Virus record (IMG/VR): IMGVR_UViG_3300021431_000002
Length of the DNA: 64,000 nt
Origin: a virus
Lineage: Duplodnaviria; Heunggongvirae; Uroviricota; Caudoviricetes
Strand: one strand, 5' to 3'
The position numbers and the translations under genes are program-made. This document shows positions 1 through 8,356 of this stretch, piece by piece; positions within the stretch are counted from its first letter, which is position 1; every line of letters begins with the position of its first letter. The notes under the pieces were generated by a model that searched no databases, was not told the origin of the DNA, and was given only the letters and a program-made list of their open reading frames with translations.

Positions 1-2
1 AT

Positions 3-527
3 GTTCTACACAGAGCTTTTACGCAAGCTGCCATGACTGTAAGTGAAGGTGTGCCAGAGACTGATAAATTTGATGTCGAATTCAATTTTATATTCGATTT
101 AATTGAATCTTTAACAACAGCTATTGTAAATGGTATTCTAAGCCCAAAAGTATTAATGCTTTTGGAAGTTAACCAAAAAATAATGGGTGGAACTTGGGAG
201 AAATTTACAATGAAAGACTTAATACAAGCATTGAGAAGTATTATCGTTGCCATTGTTAAGGAAATACGTGACATGGTTATCCAAGAGCTTCTGAAGCTTG
301 TTCTAAAGGCACTAGAACCAATTATACAGATGCTTGGTAGTATCTTGCTTAGAGAACAGCTTGATAACTATGCAGATGCAATACTTGAAATTGTACGAAA
401 TTGCCCATTCATATGGTTCAGCTTTGGTAATAAGCAAGAAGATACTAAACTCGATGTCGTTGATTATGCTGATATTGACGTTAGTCACAATAAAGAGGGT
501 GAACAACCTTCAACTAATAAATGCTAA
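3..527 (+). CDS. Hypothetical helical protein, 5'-truncated by the window edge
   Basis: The frame is open from position 3 to TAA at 527. It is the first of a tightly packed + strand run. Confidence 0.7.
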   Translation, partial: VLHRAFTQAAMTVSEGVPETDKFDVEFNFIFDLIESLTTAIVNGILSPKVLMLLEVNQKIMGGTWEKFTMKDLIQALRSIIVAIVKEIRDMVIQELLKLVLKALEPIIQMLGSILLREQLDNYADAILEIVRNCPFIWFSFGNKQEDTKLDVVDYADIDVSHNKEGEQPSTNKC

Positions 528-530
528 ACA

Positions 531-923
531 ATGGGAATAGAACAAATTTGTAAAACGATAAGCAATTTCTTTAATAACGTGAGACCTCCTTTCCCACAGT
601 TATCTAGATTGTTATTGGTGTGCTCGATGATACGCAGACCAGGACTGTCTGTCATCCAGTCAGTAGCAAACATCACAAAAGACTTAAATAAATTAGGCAT
701 TCCTACTGGTGCAATGCCAGACGGTAGTGCAAATCTAACACTTGGATTTACATTCGCAAACACAAATGAAATATATAGAGCGATAAAAAAAGATGCATCT
801 ATACAAGTAGGAATACAACCAGGCTCAATGATGTTAACAGGATTTGGAAGTAATGCTGGCGGACCAGTTGTTATTCAAGGATTCAACACATCACCAAGTA
901 TGGGATATGCAGATATTAACTAA
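531..923 (+). CDS. Hypothetical protein, possibly baseplate-associated
   Basis: 130-aa ORF 3 bp after the previous gene, with a Gly-rich beta-like C-terminus, upstream of a spike-like gene. Confidence 0.6.
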   Translation: MGIEQICKTISNFFNNVRPPFPQLSRLLLVCSMIRRPGLSVIQSVANITKDLNKLGIPTGAMPDGSANLTLGFTFANTNEIYRAIKKDASIQVGIQPGSMMLTGFGSNAGGPVVIQGFNTSPSMGYADIN

Positions 924-929
924 TTACAA

Positions 930-1133
930 ATGTTAATGTATATGGATAGAAATGTAGATTTTTCAAAAATGTCTAACTCAGAAATTAATATAAAAGTTAT
1001 GAGTTATGATAATGAATACGACATTCGTAAGAGTAAAATAATAGAATTGGTACACGAGTTGGAAGACTTGGATTTCTTATATAGAAAGGCTACCGATGAA
1101 CTTAAAAAGAGAGGCGTTTTAAGTGATGAGTGA
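930..1133 (+). CDS. Small coiled-coil hypothetical protein
   Basis: Fills the gap between neighbours and overlaps the next start (start may be 942). Confidence 0.6.
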   Translation: MLMYMDRNVDFSKMSNSEINIKVMSYDNEYDIRKSKIIELVHELEDLDFLYRKATDELKKRGVLSDE

Positions 1134-2076
1134 ATTTAGAGTTGTTGTCGCAAAAGTAAGGGAAGTTGAAAACATAAACTCTTCATACATTGATGATGGA
1201 TTACATGAATTGGATAAACCTTACGATGGTCTTAGAGTAAGAGCAGAAATTGAAGGCAAAGACTACCCAAAGAACAATGAACCAAAATATCTTCCTTGGG
1301 CATTTCCTCTATTACCAAAAACATTTCAAAGCATCCCAAAAGTGGGAGAATCTGTTCTTCTAATATATGATGCATCATCCAATGGACAAAGATATTATAT
1401 CGGTCCTATAATTTCGCAACCACAATTTAATGCATATTGTGAGCCAAAAAATGCCACATCGTTATTAATGGAACCAGTGCATAATAAACCATTGGAAAGG
1501 GTGTCCAATAATGATGATACGAAGGGTGCGTATCCAAAGTCATCAGATGTTGCTGTTATTGGTAGGGGTGCTGAAGATGTTATTTTAAGATATAATAAAA
1601 CCACAAAAGAAAGTGAAGTTCAACTTAGAGCTGGTGTTCGTGGAGAAGCCACAAACGACCCAAATCCCAATATGGTTGGGAATATCATATTTAATGGGAC
1701 TGACCCAGCTTATATACAATTAAAATATAAGAGTGGATTAACAAAAAAACAAAATCAGCAAGGAAATAGTATCATCAATATGGTTGCCAATAGAATCAAT
1801 ATCATGAGTAATAAAGATGATAATATTGCTCATAATCTAAAGGATAAAAACCATATGATTTTGGACGAGAAGATGGATGAAATTATGGACAATCTGCACC
1901 AAGTCCCAATGGGAGACAAACTTGTTGAATTGCTAAAAATAATGAAAGGTTGCATTATGCATCACGTTCATCCTTGGGCTGGCATGGAACAATGCGGCGA
2001 CTGGGGTGGATATATAAATAAACTTGATGGATATGACATTGATTCAATCCTATCTAAGTATGTTAGAATTTCTTAA
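1123..2076 (+). CDS. Baseplate hub/central spike-like protein (gp5/gpV OB-fold type)
   Basis: N-terminal LPWAFPLLP...IPKVGESVLL resembles the Vgr/gp5 OB fold. C-terminal HHVHP resembles the HxH spike-tip motif. Confidence 0.6.
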   Translation: MMSEFRVVVAKVREVENINSSYIDDGLHELDKPYDGLRVRAEIEGKDYPKNNEPKYLPWAFPLLPKTFQSIPKVGESVLLIYDASSNGQRYYIGPIISQPQFNAYCEPKNATSLLMEPVHNKPLERVSNNDDTKGAYPKSSDVAVIGRGAEDVILRYNKTTKESEVQLRAGVRGEATNDPNPNMVGNIIFNGTDPAYIQLKYKSGLTKKQNQQGNSIINMVANRINIMSNKDDNIAHNLKDKNHMILDEKMDEIMDNLHQVPMGDKLVELLKIMKGCIMHHVHPWAGMEQCGDWGGYINKLDGYDIDSILSKYVRIS

Positions 2077-2080
2077 AGTT

Positions 2081-2233
2081 ATGAAAAAAATTTTAGTTGC
2101 GGATAATTATAACTTTCATATTTTGGAAGTTGCTGATAATGAAGACATAAGCAAATATACTGTTGATTATATTGAAAAGGGTAAACAGTATGGTGATTGG
2201 AAATGGTATTATACATTTGACATAATAAAATAA
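2081..2233 (+). CDS. Small hypothetical protein (50 aa)
   Basis: ATG 4 bp after the upstream stop; ends at a terminator. Confidence 0.5.
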   Translation: MKKILVADNYNFHILEVADNEDISKYTVDYIEKGKQYGDWKWYYTFDIIK

Positions 2234-2257
2234 GGATAGATTTTTTCTATCCTTATT
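2229..2257. terminator. Bidirectional intrinsic terminator
   Basis: AATAAGGATAGA-N5-TCTATCCTTATT inverted repeat between convergent genes. Confidence 0.8.
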
Positions 2258-2800
2258 TTATGCCTTAAATTCTGATGAATCAACTGGGCTGCACTGCACA
2301 GTTCTGTATAGTGGAATAGTTCCCCATAGTGTGTGAGAATTGCTATAGTTATTTCTGCCATCGTTGTTCACGACAAAAAACTCCATATGTTCAGGTGATA
2401 TTTGTATACCAATATAATCTCCTTTTTTTATATCTACGTTAAGTTCATCCAATGTTTCTTGGTAAACACCAACGGTAAGTTTACCAGTTTTCATATAAGT
2501 TCCCAATTGCTTCTCTTTATCATAAGATTTAAGTTCTGGCTCCTCTATCTTATAGACACAAGGTATCTCAATTGGTGTCTTGTATGTCACATCATCTGGG
2601 TCTGTCTCTCCATATACAGCATCAACTTGCGTTTTAGATGCGTCAACTTGGTACAGAATAACAGTTTGCCCCATGTCTTGCTCTATGTAGTTTTTCCCTA
2701 TTTCTCTTTCCAATGCAAATGATTCTGCATCATAAAATAGACTGTTTCTATTGATAGGAACTCGCCTAATGTTTTTTGCGTTAAATTGTATTTTACCCAT
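2258..2800 (-). CDS. Neck/head-closure protein (T4 gp14-like)
   Basis: IEQDMGQTVILYQVD...VYGE...PIEI...GDYI pattern typical of head-tail adaptors. Confidence 0.55.
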   Translation of the reverse strand: MGKIQFNAKNIRRVPINRNSLFYDAESFALEREIGKNYIEQDMGQTVILYQVDASKTQVDAVYGETDPDDVTYKTPIEIPCVYKIEEPELKSYDKEKQLGTYMKTGKLTVGVYQETLDELNVDIKKGDYIGIQISPEHMEFFVVNNDGRNNYSNSHTLWGTIPLYRTVQCSPVDSSEFKA

Positions 2801-2802
2801 AA

Positions 2803-3615
2803 TTAATCTGCATAATATTTATCCCAAACGTCAAGATTTAAGCCACTGTCAAGAATCACAAGCGTTGGCTCTCCATTTCTGTTTACCATTCCAAAATTAT
2901 CTATTTGGCAGAAATCAGACATACCTGTATTTTCGACGAAATTTTTGAACTCGCTTAACCATTCTGAGTTATTTATTATATTTTCGTATGTTTCATCATA
3001 ATATCCCTCATCCGTCACATAATTAGCCTCTATATAACAGAAAACATTGTACAAGCTTTCCATTTTATCTCCATAATAATATGTTTCATGCCATTTTTTC
3101 TCCCCGTCAAAATATTTGTCATATCCAACTGTATAATCACTTTTTCTTTTTCCATTATAGTTTTGAGGCTCTGAGCCTACTATTGCAGGCATCTTTAAAG
3201 ATTTTTGATGTGATGTTCCGTAAAAAGGTATTCCTAATATTTTCTCAAAATCAATATCTTTTGCTGGAACTACGTTTTCTGAAACTAAATATGTATATTT
3301 TTCGTCTGCTTTAAATATTCTAACTAACAATGGACTGTCATAAGAACGATACATTTCATATTCTTGCTTATTTTGCGCAATTCCTGCCTTATATTGACCA
3401 CCCATAGCTAATTTTAGTATCATATTATCACTAAGCGTAAAAACGCATCTAGAAGAGCCAAAATTATTTGGTTCTCCTAACCATTTGACACAGTAATCAT
3501 ATTGAGCACCCCATCCATTTTTGCCTAACGCTGAAAGCTCTTTTAGCGAAAACCCTTCTCTATATGCCTCAAATAATCTTTTTTTCTGAGATTCATTAAT
3601 TTTTATTACTTTCAT
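2803..3615 (-). CDS. Protein kinase-like protein with putative capsid-targeting leader
   Basis: FGSSRCVF (Gly loop), ILKLA (Lys), NKQE (alphaC Glu), DFCQIDNFG (catalytic loop), ILDSG (DFG-like). Start moved to MKVIKINES, 20 bp after the TATTTATA motif. Confidence 0.65.
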   Translation of the reverse strand: MKVIKINESQKKRLFEAYREGFSLKELSALGKNGWGAQYDYCVKWLGEPNNFGSSRCVFTLSDNMILKLAMGGQYKAGIAQNKQEYEMYRSYDSPLLVRIFKADEKYTYLVSENVVPAKDIDFEKILGIPFYGTSHQKSLKMPAIVGSEPQNYNGKRKSDYTVGYDKYFDGEKKWHETYYYGDKMESLYNVFCYIEANYVTDEGYYDETYENIINNSEWLSEFKNFVENTGMSDFCQIDNFGMVNRNGEPTLVILDSGLNLDVWDKYYAD

Positions 3616-3634
3616 AAAAAACTTTAATATATTA

Positions 3635-3642
3635 TATAAATA
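3635..3642 (-). promoter_or_regulatory. Putative late promoter motif TATTTATA
   Basis: Same motif and orientation as upstream of the capsid, scaffold, portal and protease genes. Confidence 0.6.
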
Positions 3643-3667
3643 TATGAAAAAAAACAATTGGTAGGTC

Positions 3668-3698
3668 TTGATTTTTTCATATTTTATATTATATTTTA
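3668..3698 (+). promoter_or_regulatory. Promoter variant TTGA-N17-TTATATTTTA
   Basis: Same architecture at 14656-14686 and 36400-36431 (minus strand). Confidence 0.5.
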
Positions 3699-3722
3699 AC
3701 TAGTTAAAATATAATATAAAAT
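3681..3722. repeat. Perfect 42-bp AT-rich palindrome
   Basis: ATTTTATATTATATTTTAACT|AGTTAAAATATAATATAAAAT, checked base by base. Confidence 0.9.
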
Positions 3723-5685
3723 GGCACTATCATTAGATAAAATTAATGATGCATATAATTTATTGAAAAATTATAACGGAAATAATTCTTACATAATTCG
3801 TCTCAAAAATTCTGTTTTTGCGTATAAAACAAAAACAATGAATGACTTTGAGGCTGAATACGTATTATATAACCATGATAAAGAGCCTAAACTGATAAAC
3901 AAAATTATAAGAATTCCAGAATGGTATGGAAAAAATCGCAAAGAAGAATGGAAAACTGAATTTACGCCAGATAGATTTAAAATAACTTGGTACATGGGTG
4001 AAACAAGCCAATTCTATCATTTCTATTGTGTATACAGAAGGTCTCAAGAAAAAGCTGTTGAATTGTTTGCGCCAAAAAAAGCAATTCTTACAGATTTTTT
4101 ATCTGAAGATTGGAATTTGAAACAAATTGATTTTAAGCCGTATAACGAGCGAAGTGGTCGTGTACTTTATCCTTATCAAGAAGAGGCTGTAAAGTTCCTT
4201 ACAAGCCGTAAAAAAGGTATTTTAGCAAGCGAAATGGGTAGTGGGAAAACCTTGGCGGCAATAGTAGCAGCATTGGAGGACAAATATGAAAAAATTTTGA
4301 TAATATGTCCAGCTTCCGTAAAAATGACATGGAAAAAAGAATTGGGGCTTTTAGTACCAAATGATAACATTACTATTGTGGAAGGAAGTAAATGGAAAGA
4401 AAACAAATTTACAATCATAAATTATGATATATTGAAAAATTTCTATGAAGTGCCAACAGAAACAGTTAAAAAGAAAGAACTTAACCTAAACGATGATGGA
4501 AAAATTGTTAAAGTTATAAAAGAAAAAACTGTTGTCTCTAGAAAAAAATCAGTAATCGCAGAAGCAATGGATAACAGCCAATTGTATCAATCAAAGTTTG
4601 ACCTAATAATAATTGACGAAGCACACAGACTTTCCAACACTACTAGTGGTATTTTTAAAATCGTATCAGATTTGCTCAATAGAAGTAATCCGAAAGGAAT
4701 ATATGCCATAACAGGAACTCCGATTACAAATCGACCAATTAATTTTTTCAACATTTTAAAAATTATAGATGCTCCATTGGCAAACGATTGGAAATATTAT
4801 GTTGAAAGATATTGTGACGGAAAGTTTTTTTACAACAAAAAAGAACGTGATGCATATAGTGCGATATTTTGTAGAAAACAAAAGAAAAACAGTTGGTATG
4901 ATTTAAGTGATGACGAGAAAAAACAGTTGGATGAAATACTAGACAAAAACTGTAAAAAAATATGGAAAACTGATGGTTCTTCACACTTGGATGAATTGCA
5001 AGAAGTTGTTAAACCATATTATTTAAGAAGGTTGAAAAGCGATTTTGGTAAAATCGTAAAGAAAACCATTAAAGTTTTAAATTATAAATTAACTAAAAAA
5101 GAGAAAAAAGAATATGACAGCGTATGGGAGGAATATTTGGCAGCACAACAAGGTCATGGTAAAGAGGACATTGAGAAATATAGGAGTATTACTGAAGGCA
5201 TTATGCTGCGACAATGGCTAGCCAAGTCTATGACAGATAAGACAATCAAACTCGCTGAAAAATGCATCAAATTAGGACATAAAGTTGTCATATTTTGTTC
5301 ATTCGATGAAGAATTGAACACAATTAGAAAACATTTTGGGAATTTATGCGTTTATCACAACGGAAAGCTTTCCATGAAAAAGAAAAACGAGGCTGTTGAA
5401 AGATTTCAGAATGACCCAAATATCAAGGTGTTTATAGGTAACATACATTCAGCTGGAGTGGGATTAACACTAGTTTCTGGTCGTGTTGCCATATTCAACA
5501 GTTTTTCATGGGTTAGTGGTGATAATTTGCAAGCAGAAGATAGAATTCATAGGCTTAATCAAAAAAACAATGTAACTATTTACTATCAAGTTTATTCTGA
5601 TACTTTTTATAAAGAAATGTTTGAGAAAGTAAGGGGTAAACAAGAAATTATAGATAATATAATTGTTAGCGAAAATGAAAAATAA
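3721..5685 (+). CDS. SNF2-family (SF2) helicase/ATPase
   Basis: LYPYQ, EMGSGKT (Walker A), IIIDEAH, TGTP, GVGLTL and QAEDRIHR motifs. Confidence 0.9.
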   Translation: MALSLDKINDAYNLLKNYNGNNSYIIRLKNSVFAYKTKTMNDFEAEYVLYNHDKEPKLINKIIRIPEWYGKNRKEEWKTEFTPDRFKITWYMGETSQFYHFYCVYRRSQEKAVELFAPKKAILTDFLSEDWNLKQIDFKPYNERSGRVLYPYQEEAVKFLTSRKKGILASEMGSGKTLAAIVAALEDKYEKILIICPASVKMTWKKELGLLVPNDNITIVEGSKWKENKFTIINYDILKNFYEVPTETVKKKELNLNDDGKIVKVIKEKTVVSRKKSVIAEAMDNSQLYQSKFDLIIIDEAHRLSNTTSGIFKIVSDLLNRSNPKGIYAITGTPITNRPINFFNILKIIDAPLANDWKYYVERYCDGKFFYNKKERDAYSAIFCRKQKKNSWYDLSDDEKKQLDEILDKNCKKIWKTDGSSHLDELQEVVKPYYLRRLKSDFGKIVKKTIKVLNYKLTKKEKKEYDSVWEEYLAAQQGHGKEDIEKYRSITEGIMLRQWLAKSMTDKTIKLAEKCIKLGHKVVIFCSFDEELNTIRKHFGNLCVYHNGKLSMKKKNEAVERFQNDPNIKVFIGNIHSAGVGLTLVSGRVAIFNSFSWVSGDNLQAEDRIHRLNQKNNVTIYYQVYSDTFYKEMFEKVRGKQEIIDNIIVSENEK

Positions 5686-5705
5686 TAAAACTAATGTGAA
5701 ATGTT

Positions 5706-6203
5706 ATGGAATTTAAAATTGAATTAAAAGATATTGAAAATTTATTTATCGAAAGGGGTAAAATATATACTAATAAAAATGGTAAGAAAATAGAATATAT
5801 AGTTGAGAACAATATCATCATTGATGTTAATCCATATGACGCAGAAAGAGTTGCAGAAGAGAAAATCCACGATTTATTAGGTAACGATGAAGGAGTTAAA
5901 AGAATTAATGCTATTATTCAAAAAATGAAAGACAAACCGTTAGTTAATCGTTATTTATATAAACATGAAGCAAGCTCAGATACAACTGAAAAACCAACAG
6001 CAAACACCGATATAGAAAAAGTAAAACAAATCATAAGTCTAGACAAAATAGGCATTTTAGATAAAATTGCGGAAGAAAATAGAGGAAAAATTGATAATAA
6101 TATAACTTGCGAAGAAGTGTGCTATATTCCAGAAAATAGTACCAAAGAGGAAAAAATAGCCAAACTTAAAGAAATGATTGAGAAATTAGAAGATGAAAGT
6201 TAA
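5706..6203 (+). CDS. Hypothetical protein
   Basis: 165-aa ORF co-oriented with the helicase. Confidence 0.7.
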   Translation: MEFKIELKDIENLFIERGKIYTNKNGKKIEYIVENNIIIDVNPYDAERVAEEKIHDLLGNDEGVKRINAIIQKMKDKPLVNRYLYKHEASSDTTEKPTANTDIEKVKQIISLDKIGILDKIAEENRGKIDNNITCEEVCYIPENSTKEEKIAKLKEMIEKLEDES

Positions 6204-6606
6204 TATGGAAGATGAAGAAATTGTAAAACTAGGCTTCATACGTTTAATTGGCGAAGAAACAGATGGGTATTACAGATATGAATTTATTTTTACAAATGAC
6301 ATTGATGGGTTTTGGGGAGAAAACTTTGACCAGAAACCTTGTTGTCTAGTTAATGGACTAACACCAGATGAAGAGTATATTTATGAAATCCATATCGTTA
6401 AAATGAAAATAAAACTAGATTTAATCCAAGACAACTGCTGTTTCGGTTTTCAAGATTGTACTGACGGTATAATAGCGTTAGCATGGGAAAATTTGGATGG
6501 CTATGACGAATATCCAGAAGAAGGGAGAATTTTTTTTAGATTTGGGGAAACTTTGGAAGAAGTTGAAAATAAACTAGCAATAAAAAATGTGTTAATGATA
6601 AATTGA
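6193..6606 (+). CDS. Hypothetical acidic protein
   Basis: 137-aa ORF overlapping the previous stop; DCTDGIIALAWE segment. Confidence 0.7.
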   Translation: MKVNMEDEEIVKLGFIRLIGEETDGYYRYEFIFTNDIDGFWGENFDQKPCCLVNGLTPDEEYIYEIHIVKMKIKLDLIQDNCCFGFQDCTDGIIALAWENLDGYDEYPEEGRIFFRFGETLEEVENKLAIKNVLMIN

Positions 6607-6607
6607 T

Positions 6608-6862
6608 ATGGTAGAACCAATTTTTAAAAAAGGAGATTACATTATTAATCGTAATGCTGGAGATATGGCAATCGTCAAAGGAGTGACAAAGAAAAACTAT
6701 TACCAGTTTGATGCTTACTATGGAGGGATATTTAAAGAATTAAAAGACGTGAAAAATTCAATTTATGACTTGCAAGTAAATTATCAAAAATTCTATGACC
6801 TATGCACAGAAGAAGAGAAAAAGAAACTTGATGATATTATAAAAGAAAAAGGAGAGAAATGA
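6608..6862 (+). CDS. Small hypothetical protein (KOW/SH3-like FKKGDYI start)
   Basis: 84-aa ORF 1 bp after the previous gene; ends at a terminator. Confidence 0.65.
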   Translation: MVEPIFKKGDYIINRNAGDMAIVKGVTKKNYYQFDAYYGGIFKELKDVKNSIYDLQVNYQKFYDLCTEEEKKKLDDIIKEKGEK

Positions 6863-6878
6863 TGCTTTCTCTCCTTTT
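6847..6878. terminator. Bidirectional intrinsic terminator
   Basis: AAAAGGAGAGAAA-N6-TTTCTCTCCTTTT between convergent genes. Confidence 0.8.
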
Positions 6879-7806
6879 ATTTTTCTCTAATAACGATATA
6901 AAGTTCTTCCATATTTGTAAAATAATTATTTTTATTGTAAATTGTTTTGTTACAATTTATTTCATTTATAGGTGTATAACCAAAATATAATAATTTTACG
7001 CCATTCTCTTTACATAATTTATTTTTTAATAAATCATTTTCTAATTGTAGCACATTTGTAAAATTTCTACCTTTAATCAAATGTTGTTCTCCTTGGCATT
7101 CAATTGCAACATTATATTCTGGTAAATAAAAATCTAAACTCATGGGATTTTTATTTTTTAGCCAGTCAAATTTTTTTATATAAGTAAATTCTATGCTATT
7201 TTTCATTAAATAATATGCTAATATGTTTTCAAGTTTACTTTTTTTACACTTTGGGCATCCATTACCTTTTAAATGATTATTTGGAAATATCCAAAATTCG
7301 CCATGTTTAGGACAAATTACGCACACTTTAGTTACAGTGTTAACATACACTGATTTGGAATAGTCATATTTATCACCATGAACTTTTCTAGCTTTTTCAA
7401 TCCATTCTTCTGTTGATGGGGAATACTCATTAGCACATTTAAGGCAACCTTGTCCTCGTAAATGGTTAACTGGCTTTTGCCAAAATTCGCCATGAATAGG
7501 GCATATTATGCAAACCTTAGTCTTATTATCAATGTATTCTACTTTAGAATAATCATACTTATCACCATGAACTTTTCTAGCTTTTTCAATAAAAATATTC
7601 TTTGTGAGTTTTTTTCCACTACAGATTTTGCATCCTTGTTTACCATCAACATGGGCAGTTGGAGTCATCCAAAATTCGCCATGAATGGGGCATATTATAC
7701 AAATTTTGGTACTGTTATTAATGTAATTAACTTTTGAATAATCATATTTATTCCCATGAATTTTTTTAGCTTTTTCAATCCATTCTTTTGTCGTTAATCT
7801 TCTCAT
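6877..7806 (-). CDS. Free-standing homing-type endonuclease (Cys/His repeats plus C-terminal PD-(D/E)XK/Vsr-like domain)
   Basis: Three repeats of HG(N/D)KYDYSK..Y...K(I/V)C(I/V)ICP.HGEFW..P..H...GC..C, then LDFYLPEYNVAIECQGEQH. Confidence 0.75.
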   Translation of the reverse strand: MRRLTTKEWIEKAKKIHGNKYDYSKVNYINNSTKICIICPIHGEFWMTPTAHVDGKQGCKICSGKKLTKNIFIEKARKVHGDKYDYSKVEYIDNKTKVCIICPIHGEFWQKPVNHLRGQGCLKCANEYSPSTEEWIEKARKVHGDKYDYSKSVYVNTVTKVCVICPKHGEFWIFPNNHLKGNGCPKCKKSKLENILAYYLMKNSIEFTYIKKFDWLKNKNPMSLDFYLPEYNVAIECQGEQHLIKGRNFTNVLQLENDLLKNKLCKENGVKLLYFGYTPINEINCNKTIYNKNNYFTNMEELYIVIREK

Positions 7807-7873
7807 ATTTATATATGTATTACTATATATAAATATAAACGAATAAAAAAAAAAATTAATTAAAAACTAAAAA

Positions 7874-8254
7874 TTATTGTATGATTATATAAAGCGACTC
7901 TCTTATTGGCATATTCAATATACCACTAGGATAATTATACTCATCATTTTTAAGTGATGGGTCAAAAGTTATTTCAAATGTGCCTTTAAACGTTCCTGCT
8001 TCCTTTGTATCGTGTTTTTTCCAATCATAGCATATAATATACTGTTCAGTGCAATCATCGCCTTCACGAAGCTTTATATATGCTTTGTTTTTGGCTACTT
8101 TTGTAACATTGGTATCAACATTTACCATTGTAAATGTTATATCAGCACCTTGTATGCATTCATGGAATTTATTAAAGTCATGCCTTCCATCCTCTATAAG
8201 TTCCATTCTTAGTGTTGGTAAAGTACTATTTTGTGTTATGTAAAAGTATTGCAT
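7874..8254 (-). CDS. BppU-N-like beta-sandwich structural protein
   Basis: FYITQNSTLPTLRMEL...DTKEAGTFKGTFEITF. Start moved to MQYFY, downstream of the TATTTATA motif at 8270-8277. Confidence 0.5.
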   Translation of the reverse strand: MQYFYITQNSTLPTLRMELIEDGRHDFNKFHECIQGADITFTMVNVDTNVTKVAKNKAYIKLREGDDCTEQYIICYDWKKHDTKEAGTFKGTFEITFDPSLKNDEYNYPSGILNMPIRESLYIIIQ

Positions 8255-8290
8255 AATATATTTTTTATATATAAATATTATACAAAACAA

Positions 8291-8326
8291 AAAAACCTTG
8301 ACCACCATTTGTAGTCAAGGTTTTTT
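8291..8326 (-). terminator. Intrinsic terminator after the major capsid gene
   Basis: AAAAAACCTTGAC...GTCAAGGTTTTTT inverted repeat. Confidence 0.8.
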
Positions 8327-8356
8327 ATTATAGTTTTAAACTGTTTTGTCAGCGAT

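Noticed and set aside
7260-7780. Nucleotide repeats suggesting a diversity-generating retroelement template/variable pair
   Set aside because: They are explained by in-frame protein repeats of the endonuclease; there is no reverse transcriptase in the window.
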